A DNA stretch of 64,000 nucleotides from Thalia democratica (taxonomy: Eukaryota): positions 67,580,001-67,644,000 of the forward strand of contig OZ241830.1 in NCBI GenBank assembly GCA_965202585.1, given 5' to 3'. The notes under the pieces are model-generated. The model saw only the letters and a list, made by a program, of their open reading frames with translations, was not told where the DNA came from and did not search any database. Shown piece by piece: positions 11,908-24,420 of this stretch. Each line of letters opens with the position of its first letter. Position 1 is the first letter of the stretch. Made by a program: the position numbers and the translations under genes.

Positions 11908-12531
11908 CTTATTGATATTAAATTTATTAGATAAGTTTACTAACTATTCTTAAATTGCATTAGTAAAACATTTACTTTATACATTAGTATTTGTGTATAT
12001 TGTTTTATTAAAACAACAATGATCAAATATAAAAAAATGTTTTTTCTAAATATTTAAACTGTAGTAGAGAATTTCTGTACAGTATTTTTCTCTGAATACT
12101 GACCACCAAAACTGTCAAATTTTGTTATTAAAACCAAGTGCATGCAGTTTTTGAAACAATAGTTCTAAGTGTACCTCTAATATATAAATACTTTAAATTA
12201 TCAAAAATGTGTATTTGCTTTATTAAGAAGAATCTAAAAAATAATTGCAAACAAAAGGTATGCCGGCCAAAAAATTAGTTACCCCAAAATCACATATTTT
12301 TCATCTTAAACAGTAATAAAATCACTTATACATGTCCTAGACTTATACTTATTGATTTGGTCTTAAGACGTTTTTGAGACTTCTTTTCATGTAATATGAC
12401 ATCATAATCACCCTAAATACACAAACTTTGTCTGTAAAATAATGATTTTTGGAATATTGAAAAGCATAGCTGGTCAGTGATTTTAATAAGAAAAAATAAT
12501 GTAAAACAAAAATTTCAGGTTATTTACTTAC

Positions 12532-12591
12532 CTTTAAAAGTTTAGGTGATGTGGTGTGCATGTCAACGGGATATTTGATGTTGTAGTTCAT
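12532..12591 (-). CDS. Possible first coding exon MNYNIKYPVDMHTTSPKLLK; copy B at 46111..46170
   Basis: ATG, then 20 codons ending at a consensus donor AAG|GTAAGT. The other two frames are closed. Confidence 0.3.
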
Positions 12592-13918
12592 TTAGCTTTA
12601 AGTGTTTAAAAAACCCTTGAATATTTATTTAATTAGCACACAACAAATTAATGAGATATTAAAAAGTTATGATTTATTATAGGCAAGATAATGTTGTATA
12701 GCATTGAACATTAAATTAATGATTGCAAAGTAAAGACTTTACAAATAAATAACATTGCAAAATAAAACAAAAATTGTATCATTTAGCATTAACACTTAAC
12801 ATTGTTGCAAATGACTGATACTTTTAGAAGTTTTTGCATAAAAATCTGTGTACACACAAGTTATAGTTGTGTGAGTGAGAATCTATTATAAAAAGAATTA
12901 AATTTTTTAGTATACTTGAACTTTGTTTCAAAAATACTCTACAGAGTTTTGTTTGTCTTGTAACATATGGACTTTGTGGCAATATAAAAGTAGTTATTTT
13001 TCAAACTCATTCATGAATATTTTGATAAGTGTGTCTTTATTTAGCATTCACTCACTATGCACAAAATGGTTTTTTTTATTTTCTACCTGCTTCAAAAAGT
13101 TGTTATACCAATGACTACAAAAACTGTATAGTTTTGGCAAATATGGCAAAACGATTCAAATTAAATAATAACTAAAATGATTTTGCAAAAGTTAAATTTA
13201 ATGCTATTACCTGATGAGATAAAGGTAAATAAAATAAATCTTGTACAAATTGTTAAGTAATAAACATATTTAAAACAAAAAGAAAACAATTTCGTAAAAT
13301 TAAGAGTTGAACGCTTATTTTATATGTCTTTATAAAGTTGTCAATGTAATTTATATGAGCTTAATGAATTACTGTAGCTTAAATATTAAACAATATGTTA
13401 AACCAGTTATCGCCAATGTAGTAAAAAAGGTAGAAACTACGAAAAACTTTAAAAAGAATGAATAATAAGAATGAAATTAAAACAGTTTATTTTTTACAAA
13501 AAAAAAAAGTTTAAGGTTTAACATTATGTAAAATAAAAAGCATTTTATGTTCGAAAAAGCTAAAAACAACCCTGCCATGCTAAGATAGTGTTTCAATTTG
13601 TAGTTTTTATGAATTCTCTAAAGTCTTACATTTTAATGTGACATCACAATAAAATAGTACTTTGCAAAATATTTTTTTCAATGAATATTCTTTTGAGAAA
13701 AGCACTTGTAGTAAAAACACCTTAGATGCTGTAGGTGTAAAGTAACTCTTTTTTTTTTCTTTTTTATACTGTTTATGTGAGCTTTGTACAATACTTAAGC
13801 AAACTCTATTTGATTGTCAATATTTTTGAAGATAAAACTTGATGATTGTTGCTCATTTTATCTTCTAAAACTCTTATATTTCTACATTGTGTGAGTAAGT
13901 TTAAGAACGCATTTGACC

Positions 13919-14690
13919 TAGTTTGGCATTCAACAGTCTTGAAAGTTTATGTTGATAATTTATATTGTTTTTCTCATGCAATACCTTTGAAGAAATTCTT
14001 TATTTAATCTTCTAGTTCATCACAGAATCATATATCTTTAATAATAAAAAGTGTGATAAGTTTTTATACTTACAAGTATGGCATGTACAGACAAGATCAA
14101 TTGGCTTGAATGCACTTACTTGATGCAAAAAATCATCAAGAGGCTTTAAAAACTTGCATATCAGTCTTTAAAATCTTTGAAACATCATTATAAAGTGAAA
14201 TAAGTAGAGAAAAATTCAAAATAATAGTTTGGCAACCAACAGTCTTGAAATTTATGTTGATAATCTATATTATTTTTCTCATGCAAAACCTTTGAAAAAA
14301 TCTTTATTTTATCTTTTAATTCATCACAGAATGCATATATCTTTATTCATAAAAATTGTGACAAGTGTTTATACTACAAGCATGACATGTTCAGACAAGA
14401 TCAATTGGTTTGAATGCACTTACATGATGCATTTAAAAAAAATCATCAAGAGGCTTCAAAAACTTGCATCTCAGTCTTTGAAATCTTTGAAACATCATTG
14501 TAAAGTGAACTGAGCAGAGAAATTCAAAAGAATTCTTATGAAAAATCTTTTGAACCTCTGTAAAATTTTTAATCTTCTAGCTTTTTTCAAAGGTCTTTAT
14601 AAGTTGTAACTTTGGCTTTCTCCTACATCTTAAGATTAGGCAATGGATCACACTTTTTGGAATCTGATTAAAGATGAGTACCTACTACAG
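13919..14690 (-). pseudogene. Decayed BACK-domain (KLHL-like) gene fragment containing a 306-bp tandem duplication (13919..14224 and 14225..about 14530); copy B at +33579
   Basis: The duplication is directly visible. The minus strand gives KNFTEVQK..FEFL and, after a frameshift, LLSSLYNDVSKISKTEMQVFEAS, resembling BACK NFEEV..EFL..LLSS..SE.EVFEA. Stops and frameshifts are present. Confidence 0.4.
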
Positions 14691-16635
14691 CAGCTGTTGA
14701 GGTTAGTTTGTTTTATAGTTAATTAGATTGTTTTAATTTGTGCAAAACTTAGTATTTTTGCTAGGGTTACCAGTTATAGTAGTTGAATAATCAGTAACAA
14801 AGTCAAGGTTTTTTGGATATTTACAATAAATCTTGATATTCTGTCTTAAAGTTTTAGATTTTCTATTTATCAATTGTTGAGTCCTTTTAATACTATTAAA
14901 TTTTTTGAGTTCTCATGCTTGAATAACATTAAGCTTTAGATGTTAATTAAGTTTTGCACAAATTCATATTAGCTATTCATAGAGTTGTATCCTTGGTTTA
15001 TAAACATATATTTGTTTTGTTGGGCTTCATTCTCCTAACATTACTAGGCTATCTTAAATTAAGAGAAAACTTAAAAAAGAATAAATAAAATCACTTAAAA
15101 GTAGCAACATTTGTGCTAAACTTTATATGCTTGTATGAAGAAGTTTTTTGTTCATGAATGAAGCCCAAAGAGACAGCAAGCTAATCTAAGTGTAGAAGTT
15201 TATTTACAACATAAAAATTAAGTTGTTTAGTTCTGATTGTATTAATGTAGTTTATACATTTATAAATTAATGATTTGTAATAAGAGTTACTTAAAGTGTG
15301 CATAAAAGATAAGTAGGAAGAGTAGTTATAAAACAAAAATGTCATTAGTTTCAAAGCTGTTTTAATTGTTATAAAGCTTTATTTATTCATTTTTTTTACA
15401 AAAGAAAACAGTTAAACCATATCAGGATTAGGTTTGCTAAAAAACAAAATGTTCCAAAGTTTTAAGTTTACACTCATATATTTACAAAGCAATTCACAGC
15501 AAGCAAAATTTAAAATTTGTTAGTGTAAATTTGTATGAGGTTTATTCTCACTTTTTTTTAATTTTTCTCTTCTTCTATCACTAACTTCTTTCTGTTCTTT
15601 TATCTATCAATAATTTCTTTTGTTCATATGTTTGCACTAATAAGCATTTATCAACAACTTGCTGTATTGTTTTTTATGTATATGACAAATGTAAAGACTC
15701 AATTTTGGTAATAGTATAAATATACAGCCATAAAGATTTCAAATGATGCAAGTATTTGACAAACTTTGAAATGAACTACAGGCTAATAAACATATGTTAT
15801 TGACACAAAGTAGTATGGTTTAACTGTTTTAGTTTGTAACAATGTATTGAAATGATAAGTTCAAAGCATCAAACACCTTTAATTTGTATGCACATTTTAA
15901 GAAACACACAAAAAGTTGTCTGAGATCAGTGATTAAACAAAGCAATTAAGTAAGCATTCAAAGTCTATTAGTGAATATATAAAGTAAATTAAAGTATACT
16001 AGTTAGTAAGTAGTGATGGTAGTAACAGCGCAAACCTTTGTAATTATTAGATTGCTAAATAATTACTTTACAATGAGACCAATTTAACTATCATGGATAA
16101 ACTTTAGCTTAATAAGTTACATGACAAGTAAAGTGATATCCTATAGTAGGAACAGTATAAAACTGAAGTTAACAAGAACATAAACTATTTTTTACAATTT
16201 TAAAGTTTTATTTGACAAAAATATAGTTACTACTTGAATCAAAGTAATTTTAACTGTTTAGATGAATCTCAAGTGGTTTTTTATTTTTGATTAATTTAAG
16301 TTTTATACTGTTTTTAAAAGGTTATCTAAGTAAAATAAATTTACATAAGCAAGTTAACTGACTATTGTTTAAATGTATACATAGAATACAGTTCAATCAT
16401 ATAAATAGATTTGTCAATGTACACATTTAAAAGGTCTGTAGTTTTTTTCTTTTTTTATTTGCTTTATTTTCTGTAATTAAAAAGTACACCTATCTATGAG
16501 GTTGATGAACTGTTTTCCATGTATATGTAAAACATTAGGTACTTAACCAGGATGATGTAGTATCTGTATTCATTTGTTTTTGGGTTTTAACCCTAACTTA
16601 AACATGTAGTTTTAACAAAATAAAGGCATCTATAA

Positions 16636-16960
16636 GGTACGCATTCTAAGTATTACGCACTAGTTTTTTAATAACACTTTCTCTGTTATAAGTAAAGATT
16701 TTCTTTAAGTACTACGCACCCGCATAAGGTACGCACTAAATTTTCAATAACACATTATTTGCATTAATTAAATAGGTTTTCTAAAATAATGTACGCACCC
16801 GCTAAAAGTACGCACTAAATTTTTAATAACACATTATTTGCATTAATTAAATAGGTTTTCTAAAATAATGTACGCACCCGCTAAAAGTACGCACTAAATT
16901 TTTAATAACACATTATTTGCATTAATTAAATAGGTTTTCTAAAATAAGGTACGCACTAAA
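16636..16960. repeat. 79-bp minisatellite, about 3 good plus 1 diverged units, with a repeated GTACGCAC core; copy B at 50215..50539
   Basis: gtacgcacccgctaaaagtacgcactaaattttt... starts at 16791 and 16870, with a variant unit from about 16712. Confidence 0.9.
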
Positions 16961-17361
16961 TTTTTCAGGCCCCCACCCATATTTTCAAAAATGGGGATTT
17001 CCCCAAACCGAAAATGTGATGAGATTTTTTGATGGAGATTATTTAAATTTATTTTTTAAGGCATTTCGCCGGCGAAAAATTTTTCATCTTTTCCTTTTCT
17101 CTTTTTCTTTACGGCCTTTTTTCTTGAAGGCCCTCTTTTTCTGTCAAATAGACCGTGAGTAGCGTAACTGCCAAACGAATATACGTTTATGCGTTGTATT
17201 TGTACGGTCTTTATCTGTTATCTTTTACTAACCTTGAGCTTATGTGATCTAATTCATTGATGTGAAACCATTAAAGGCCTGACGGTAATATCAGTTATAG
17301 TTTTTCAATTATGACTGAGTGGTTTTATGTTTATGAGTTTGAAAGTTAAGTTTAAGGTAGC

Positions 17362-17454
17362 GGACAAGACTAAGGGCAGGCCGGAGAGATGACAGGTGCG
17401 AAGCACCGTGTCATCGACCGGCCGTAGCCCTTTGTTTTTTTTTAATTCTTGTCC
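17362..17454. other. GC-rich nested inverted repeat (long stem-loop with GC-GAA-GC tip); copy B at 50941..51033
   Basis: Arms GGACAAGA/TCTTGTCC, AAGGGC/GCCCTT, GGCCGG/CCGGCC, GATGACA/TGTCATC and GGTGC/GCACC around a GAA loop at 17400-17402. Confidence 0.85.
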
Positions 17455-18269
17455 TTTAGGCCCGGTTACTCTGCTGGTCGGCACCACCTTTAGTTATGAC
17501 TTTGATGTACGAGTAAGTGTGCTAGTACTTCTAAGTCATAACTAAACTTTAACTTAACTAGAAGTTATAAGATATCACAGACTAATTTCACTCTCCAGTG
17601 TATGAAAAATAGAAATCTTTGCAATCATTGTATGTAGGAGATTTATGTAATTTAGATAGAAACAGTGCTCTAAAGTTTTACATTTCCCATTTACGTCTTA
17701 GTTTGTATAAATAAGTTTGGGTCATCATTTAAACTAGACACCAACAAATTACTGTTTTTGTCCACAATCTTCTATTAATTTTGTGATATTTTCAACGTTT
17801 ACTTACACACAATTATTACGTCATAACCCGGTAGTTTCATACAGTATAAACTTAGTAATTTTTAATAACACTATAATATATGCATACTATGTATTGGATT
17901 GTAGATTATTAAGTTTTGTTTTAAATTGCTCTATATTTTTAAGCTAAGTAAAGCTTATACATTAATTAATACAGACATAAAAAATATTGCATAAAGTGTA
18001 TCAAATTAAACTAATAGATTTAAATATTAATGGCAATCAACTCTCAATTTTTTTTTTATTGCTGCGTTTAACTATATACATAATGGCAGTTACCAGCTCT
18101 GTACTTTTAATAAATTAGAACAAATACCGTTACGCCAACTAATTCTTCTTTTGAGGTAATTATCTTTAGTTATTTTTCAACTAAAATTGTTTGAAATTAT
18201 TTTTAAGTTATGGTTTAGATTGGAAAAAAATTGTTGGATTAGGTGTCAATTGTTTTATATTCGTGATTA

Positions 18270-21200
18270 AATATACCTTATTCTAACAATATTGAAATTA
18301 GATCCAATTTTTCTTTTAGTTGGTAGTTCATTATTTTGTTCGTATTGTTGTAAAGTTAATTAAAAGTTTGTTTAAAAAATGTTCTCTCTGGTTTCTCTAA
18401 AACTAAAAGCGTTTGTTTGTGAGTTTAAAACGTTGTTACATGTCTATTTTGTTGTTTCGTAACTTAATTCTACTTCTAGCCCACTACAGTCAATTATTAT
18501 CAATCATCATCTTGTTGTGCTGGTTTGTATGATTATTTCAACTCTTTGTCTCAAACAATACTTATTTAATCTTCAAGTAATGATTACAGTTAAAATATAC
18601 TTCCTATTTAAAAGCTTTTTGAGTTATTAAGTTAGTTTCATGATCTATATCAATTTTATTTAGGTATGCAAGCGTTACACGTGACTTTTTTAAACTGAGT
18701 GCATCTTAAACTAAAAATAGCTATTTTTTAAAAGCTTGAATATTATTATTATATTGTAAATATTCAATCCAGAAGCTATTTTAGTTTTGAGGTCTTATTT
18801 TGTTACCTTTGAAAGTAATTTTTGTAGTGCCATTTAGGAATTAGATACACATTCAGTTTCTAATAATAATAATCATATATATCATAATAATAAGCTCTAA
18901 TCAAAATAACTATCAACTTTTAATATTTGATCTATAATTATCATCTTGTTCCGCTGTTTTATATGATTATTTCTAATGTTATGTTTTAAACTATTTACAT
19001 TTAACTTTAAATGTTTAAGATTAAGCTGTTCATTTCAAGGTAACCTGCCAACTAGGTACGCACTATGACCAACCAGCAGTGCTTACCTAGGTCTTTAATT
19101 TCGGTCTTTAACTACCTACATTCAACCTAACACAAACATGTTTATTATGTTTGTACATTTAATAATATTTAAACAGTACTCTTTATTTATTAAACTAATA
19201 CTTGTTTCTGTGAAATGTTAAAAGAAAATAAAGAAGTAGTACTGGTTGAATTTATTTTTATTATATTTTCCAGTGAACTTGTTTCGATAGGATCTTTATT
19301 AGCAAACGATTAACTTTAAATTTTAAATAGTTTATACATTTAGAAATATTTTCTTGTTTCTATCAAGTAGTAATTGCAACTCAAATAAACATTTCGATAA
19401 ACCTAAAAACTGTTGATATTTTTAAATAGTGAAGACTTTTTGTCTATGTAAAATGAATGGTAAAATTTGTCTCTTAACTGTAGAAATGCCTTACTTCTGC
19501 CTTACATTCTTTATTATCTTTTTTTTCATATACTAGTTTAAATATAGGTCAACTTAATTCTTGTCATCAAAATTGTATTTTGAATTAAACTATGTCAAAT
19601 TCTTTGGGAATTTTAATGTATTTAAATTCGGCCTTATAAAACCTGTTTAACTAATTTTATATTTATCTCTACAGTTAGGACACTTCACTAAATTTCTCTG
19701 CTATACTCCTGCATGTAGATGTATACCGTAACTAACTCTTAACTAAAATAATTTATTGCTTTAAACAACAAGTCGTCTTTACATTAATACAACCTAACTA
19801 TGTATCGACAAATAATATTTTTCATCTCGGTCTTTAAATGTAGATCATCAGTTTAGTTGTAGGTATAAAAATAAAACTTATTGGTTCACATTTTGTTATT
19901 AGTATTTTGATTTGGTGCAGCATTATTTATCTGTATTTGATATAGCTGTATTTTATTACATTCCCTTAATATTTTTAAAATGAACTAATCTTCGAACTAC
20001 AGTAAATTATTATTAATTTCTTATTAATTATCATCTTGTTGTGTTGGTTAGTATGATTGTTTAAATCTTATGTCTAAAGTACATTTTAGATAATGTTTCA
20101 TGTTCTTTTGCTTTAGATTGCTCTATACTGTATAGAAGGGGTCGACAAACTGCGGCCCTCAAAACCAAAATTTTTTTTATACAGTATATTTCTTAGCTTT
20201 TCGTAAGTAGCGTACAAGATATTAAAGTTAAAGCTTTTTGATTTTTTGTCAAATTCAAATACTATTTCAATAGCAATAATTAACCAGTAATTGTTTAATT
20301 GCACAATATTATTGTCCACCTTTATTCAGTTAAACTTGTCTCTATAATTCTTTATATTTATAATTTTTTTTTATTTCTTGATTTAATTGTACTTAAAAAA
20401 AAATTAGTTTAAAAGTGATTCCTGTACTATGTTTTACCCATGATTTTTTTTACCTTAACAAACTAAAGTTAGATCCAGTAATATGTTTTTAGTTAACACT
20501 TCGTTGTTGTTCTGTAAAATAATTCTAAAGTTTATTTAAAAACTACTCTACGGGTTCTCTTTAGTTAATGATGTTTATTTATAAGTCTAGCTTATTATCG
20601 TACTTTTTTATTTCGTTGTTTAGTTCTGCTTCTTGCCCAAGATTAAGTAAAGACTGAAAATAATTTATATACTTTTATTTAAAATGTTTTTTATATGTCT
20701 TGGAAATCTTATATGGTTGTTAAAGGTAGGATAAATATTGATTTATAAATGAATAAAACTCTTTGAATAAATTATACATTTCACTTTTAATGACATCAAA
20801 ATTTGTAATTTTCGTTAACATATTATTTATTATAGCCGTAAAACTTGTTAAACTTTTGTTTAACCTGAACTAAAAGCATTTGTTTTTGAGATTTAATGCT
20901 GTTTCTTATTTAATTCTCTGACTATTGATAAGCATTCTTGTTTTACCAATTAACTAAATGTTCTTTATTTCTCGTTCTAAAATGAAGTTCTGGGCTAAGT
21001 TTAAACATTGTATCAACTAATGATTTGTTTTACCTTCCTCTCAACAAAGTTAAAATTTGATTCATTCTTATAGTTTAGATAAGATTACTTTGTTTTCTTC
21101 TTATAGCTGTGAAATTGTTTAGAAAAATGTTTCTCTTGAAGTATAGGTTTGGTTCGTTGTTATAGTTTTAGTTTGTTGTTACGTAATTTAATTATACTTT

Positions 21201-21330
21201 TAGAAAAGTTAAGTAAAGACTAATGGTTTATTGTATCTAAACAACACTGAAATTTGATTCGTTTTTATATTTTGGGTTGTAGTTTCATTGTTTTGTTCTT
21301 ATTACTGTGAAATTTTTTTGCATTGCAAAC
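18270..21330. repeat. Field of old, diverged interspersed repeats
   Basis: atcatcttgttgtgctggtttgtatgatt-like blocks near 18505, 18940 and 20032. aactaaaagcgtttgttt-like blocks near 18405 and 20868. aaattagatcc/aaatttgattc blocks near 18297, 20467, 21053 and 21250. Confidence 0.55.
20137..20158 (+). mobile_element. Solo hAT-like terminal repeat remnant
   Basis: AGGGGTCGACAAACTGCGGCCC resembles the CAGGGGTCGGCAAACT.CGGCCC termini of Charlie-type hAT MITEs. No partner end found. Confidence 0.45.
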
Positions 21331-24300
21331 AGCGTGTTATACTATTAAATAAGGTTGTTGGATGGTTTCTTTTTAAATAAGAATAACAGTTTAAAGCTGC
21401 ACAACTTTTTGCTAATTTTCTGATGTATCTAACTTATGTCTCAAAGTCGTACTATTTTTTTGTATACACATATTTTTTGTTGAGAAACAGAATATTTTTT
21501 TTTATCTTAACCACAAAATCGCAAAATATAACTAGTTTGAATTTTAGTTAATCATTTAATAACCTAAAGCTTTACAAAATTTAATTGGTGTTGTTATATC
21601 ATATTTTCTTACACCTGTATTTCTTACTTCATGTTTATAAGTATAGTTATAGGGTTTTTAACTGAGTTTTAACTTAGATCTTAAAACTTGTTTAGTTATT
21701 TAAACACTTATTGTAATTTTCTTTGGAGTACCTTACTGTTTATTTGTTTGATGATTTCATATTTAGTATTTATTTGTAAATGTGTCTGATATTCTTTAGT
21801 ACGACGAATTATACTCCTATTATGATATTTTGAACTTTTTTAAGCCTGTAAAAGTGTTTAAGCCTTTTTTTCAGTTATGAGGCTTTTATAATATTAACTT
21901 TACTTTCTTCATCAAACTGAACATGTTATTTTATTATAGTTACTCATTTTTATGATACTGTTAATGGTTTACAGGTTATAGGAATCTTAACTTAATTCCT
22001 CTAATGAGTTGTCATACTTAATTTATCAAGTTTGTTTTGCATTTTCTTAATTTTGCTTAAAAACTTAGTTTAACTTTTATATTGAAGATAAATTGAATTT
22101 CTGAAATATTAGAGTATTTTTATTCGTTTAAATTTGTTTTCTTAACTGAGGTACTTTTCTAAATTTGCAGTTATCTTATAAGTACTGAAACATAGTTTGT
22201 TAAACCTTATTTTTAATTAATGTGTATATGTCACGCCAAACTCCTGTAAGTAGAATATTAGAATAACCGTCGTTTTTAAAAAACATAACCTTATTGTATT
22301 GCTATTTTAAAATCTTAAACTTCAGCAAAGTTTAATAATGAAAAGTAGAGTTAATATTTTTTTTTTCTTAACATTTTGATTTGTTCTTCTTAATAAATTG
22401 TTAAAATCTCTCGGTGTTCAGATTTCAATCCAGACTATAAAACTTAAAACATTAAAAAAAACGTAAGTGCACTAAATAACAAAATTGTAAGACATCAACA
22501 GTGATGTACAGAAAATGTAGTACAAAAGTTTTCAATTTGTAATAAGAATTTTGTTTGGTTTCGGCATAAGCCCATCAAATCACCTATTTTGTTAACTTTT
22601 TATCTGTTCAACTACAGTTAAGTTGTAGTTTAAATATAGTTTGAAGCTTTCTCTACCTTTTTTAGACTTTTTTCTGATTAAGTACTATGCATTTTTCAGC
22701 TTTAATTTTGTTTTTTACGTACTTTTCAAAGTTTTGTAGTCTGGCTTACTTTTATATGTTGTTAATTTTGTTCAGATTAATTTTTTGTATCCTTAAAGTT
22801 AGGAAAAATAGCTTAAATCACATCATGTCACGCCAAGCAAACTCCTTGGCTTAAAATATAATTATATATAGTTTTTGATTCTAACTGTTTCTTTATTGGT
22901 AAAAATATTATTTCAAAGTTTAGTTTTATTTTTACTCGAGTTTCTAGAAGCTAACGCCGTTTTTAACAGTGAAATCCCTTACTTTATTGCTGATTTAAAA
23001 ACTAAAACTCTCTTGTTCAAAAGTGAATGGTAGAGTTGCTATTTTTTTATGATATTTTAATTAACTGTTCAGATATTTGTCTATAATGTAAAATTACTAA
23101 ACAAAATATTTGAAATAAGTTACGTTTGTTCAAAAAAAAACACTAAAAACCCAAGTTGTATAACAACAACAGTAATATACAGAAAAAGTAATACCAAAGT
23201 TTATTCCCATGTACTTTTAAGTTTTTCTAATTTGTAATAAGAATTATGTTTGGTGTCGCCATAAGCCTATAAACTCCTTTTGTTTATGTAGTTTTCTTAT
23301 TTAAGTTTACCTTAAAACATAGTTAGCTTTCTTTGCCTGCTTTTTTGGTTGATTTTTCTATTTTCACCACTAATTTCCTTTTCTTACTTGCGTGAACGTA
23401 CTTTTGATAGTTTTGTTTTCTGGGTTGCTTTATTGTGTTGCCATACTATGTTGATTTTGTTTCACACAATAAATTTGTTGGTCATGTATTTTTATTTTGA
23501 TACATAAATGACATATTTATTTCTTAAAACAATAATTTTTATTTGTGCAGTTACAAGTTTTGTTCTTACCTTTGTTTTATTTTTGTTTGCATTCAACATT
23601 ATTTTTATATCTTTCTCAGGTTCTATTGTATGTTTTTGAAAACTTTATTTCTTGTATTAACCATATCTCATTTGTTGTCGAATATACGTTGTAAATTAAG
23701 CTTGAGTTATTTTTTTGTACATCTTAAAGCCATTTTATAATCTTTTTTGTACTTTTTGATTTTAGATACTCTTAAGCTTTAATTTGACAACTTCTGAGAT
23801 TTTTATGTTTTCAATCTCGTTAAATATTGAAATCATATCTGTGATAAATCAGTAATTAGTTTGTTGTGCTTTCTAAAGATTTTTGTTCTTAAATTAATTT
23901 AAACTATAAGTTTTTAAAACACTTAATTACTGCCATCATATAATGAGCAAGTATTTAAAATACAAAGTTTCATATTCAAACTGTGGTTTCTAGTATTATA
24001 AACTGGATATTTATTACAAATTATGTATATTTGTAGTAAATAATCCTGATATTATACTCCAAATCAAGTTCAACAATACTATGGAACTAATTCAGAGTGA
24101 CATTGTTGTTTTACGTTGTTGCTAAAGGTTTCTTGAATTAATCTTATTTGTACGTTGTATCGTCGCCTGTTAGAATTCCATGTCTAAAACAATTTTTATT
24201 TTGTGTAATTTGCATTAGTTTTTTGCCTAAAATATAACAAGTTTAAATACACTATTTTAGGGTTTTTGTAGCCGTTTAGATTTCACTTTACTTTGCTTTT

Positions 24301-24420
24301 GCTAAAAAGTTTAATTGAATTACTATAATCAGCTGAGTAACTTTTTTTTTGTATATATGCTAACTGTCACTTTTTTACATCTTTCAAAAATACGTAGAAT
24401 ATTTAATAATTCTTTGATTA
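21330..24420 (-). mobile_element. Scattered decayed non-LTR retrotransposon (L2/CR1-like RT) fragments
   Basis: Minus-strand remnants IHQKISKKL..YNTLF (about 21330-21445), FKYLLII (about 23945-23970) and HGILTGDDTT (about 24155-24190) resemble RT and post-RT motifs. Many stops, and spacing is inconsistent with a single element. Confidence 0.3.
22225..23450. repeat. Diverged tandem duplication of about 600 bp
   Basis: atgtcacgccaa starts near 22228 and 22824. Both units share collinear blocks such as caatttgtaataagaattttgtttggtttcggcataagccc versus ctaatttgtaataagaattatgtttggtgtcgccataagcc. Confidence 0.7.
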
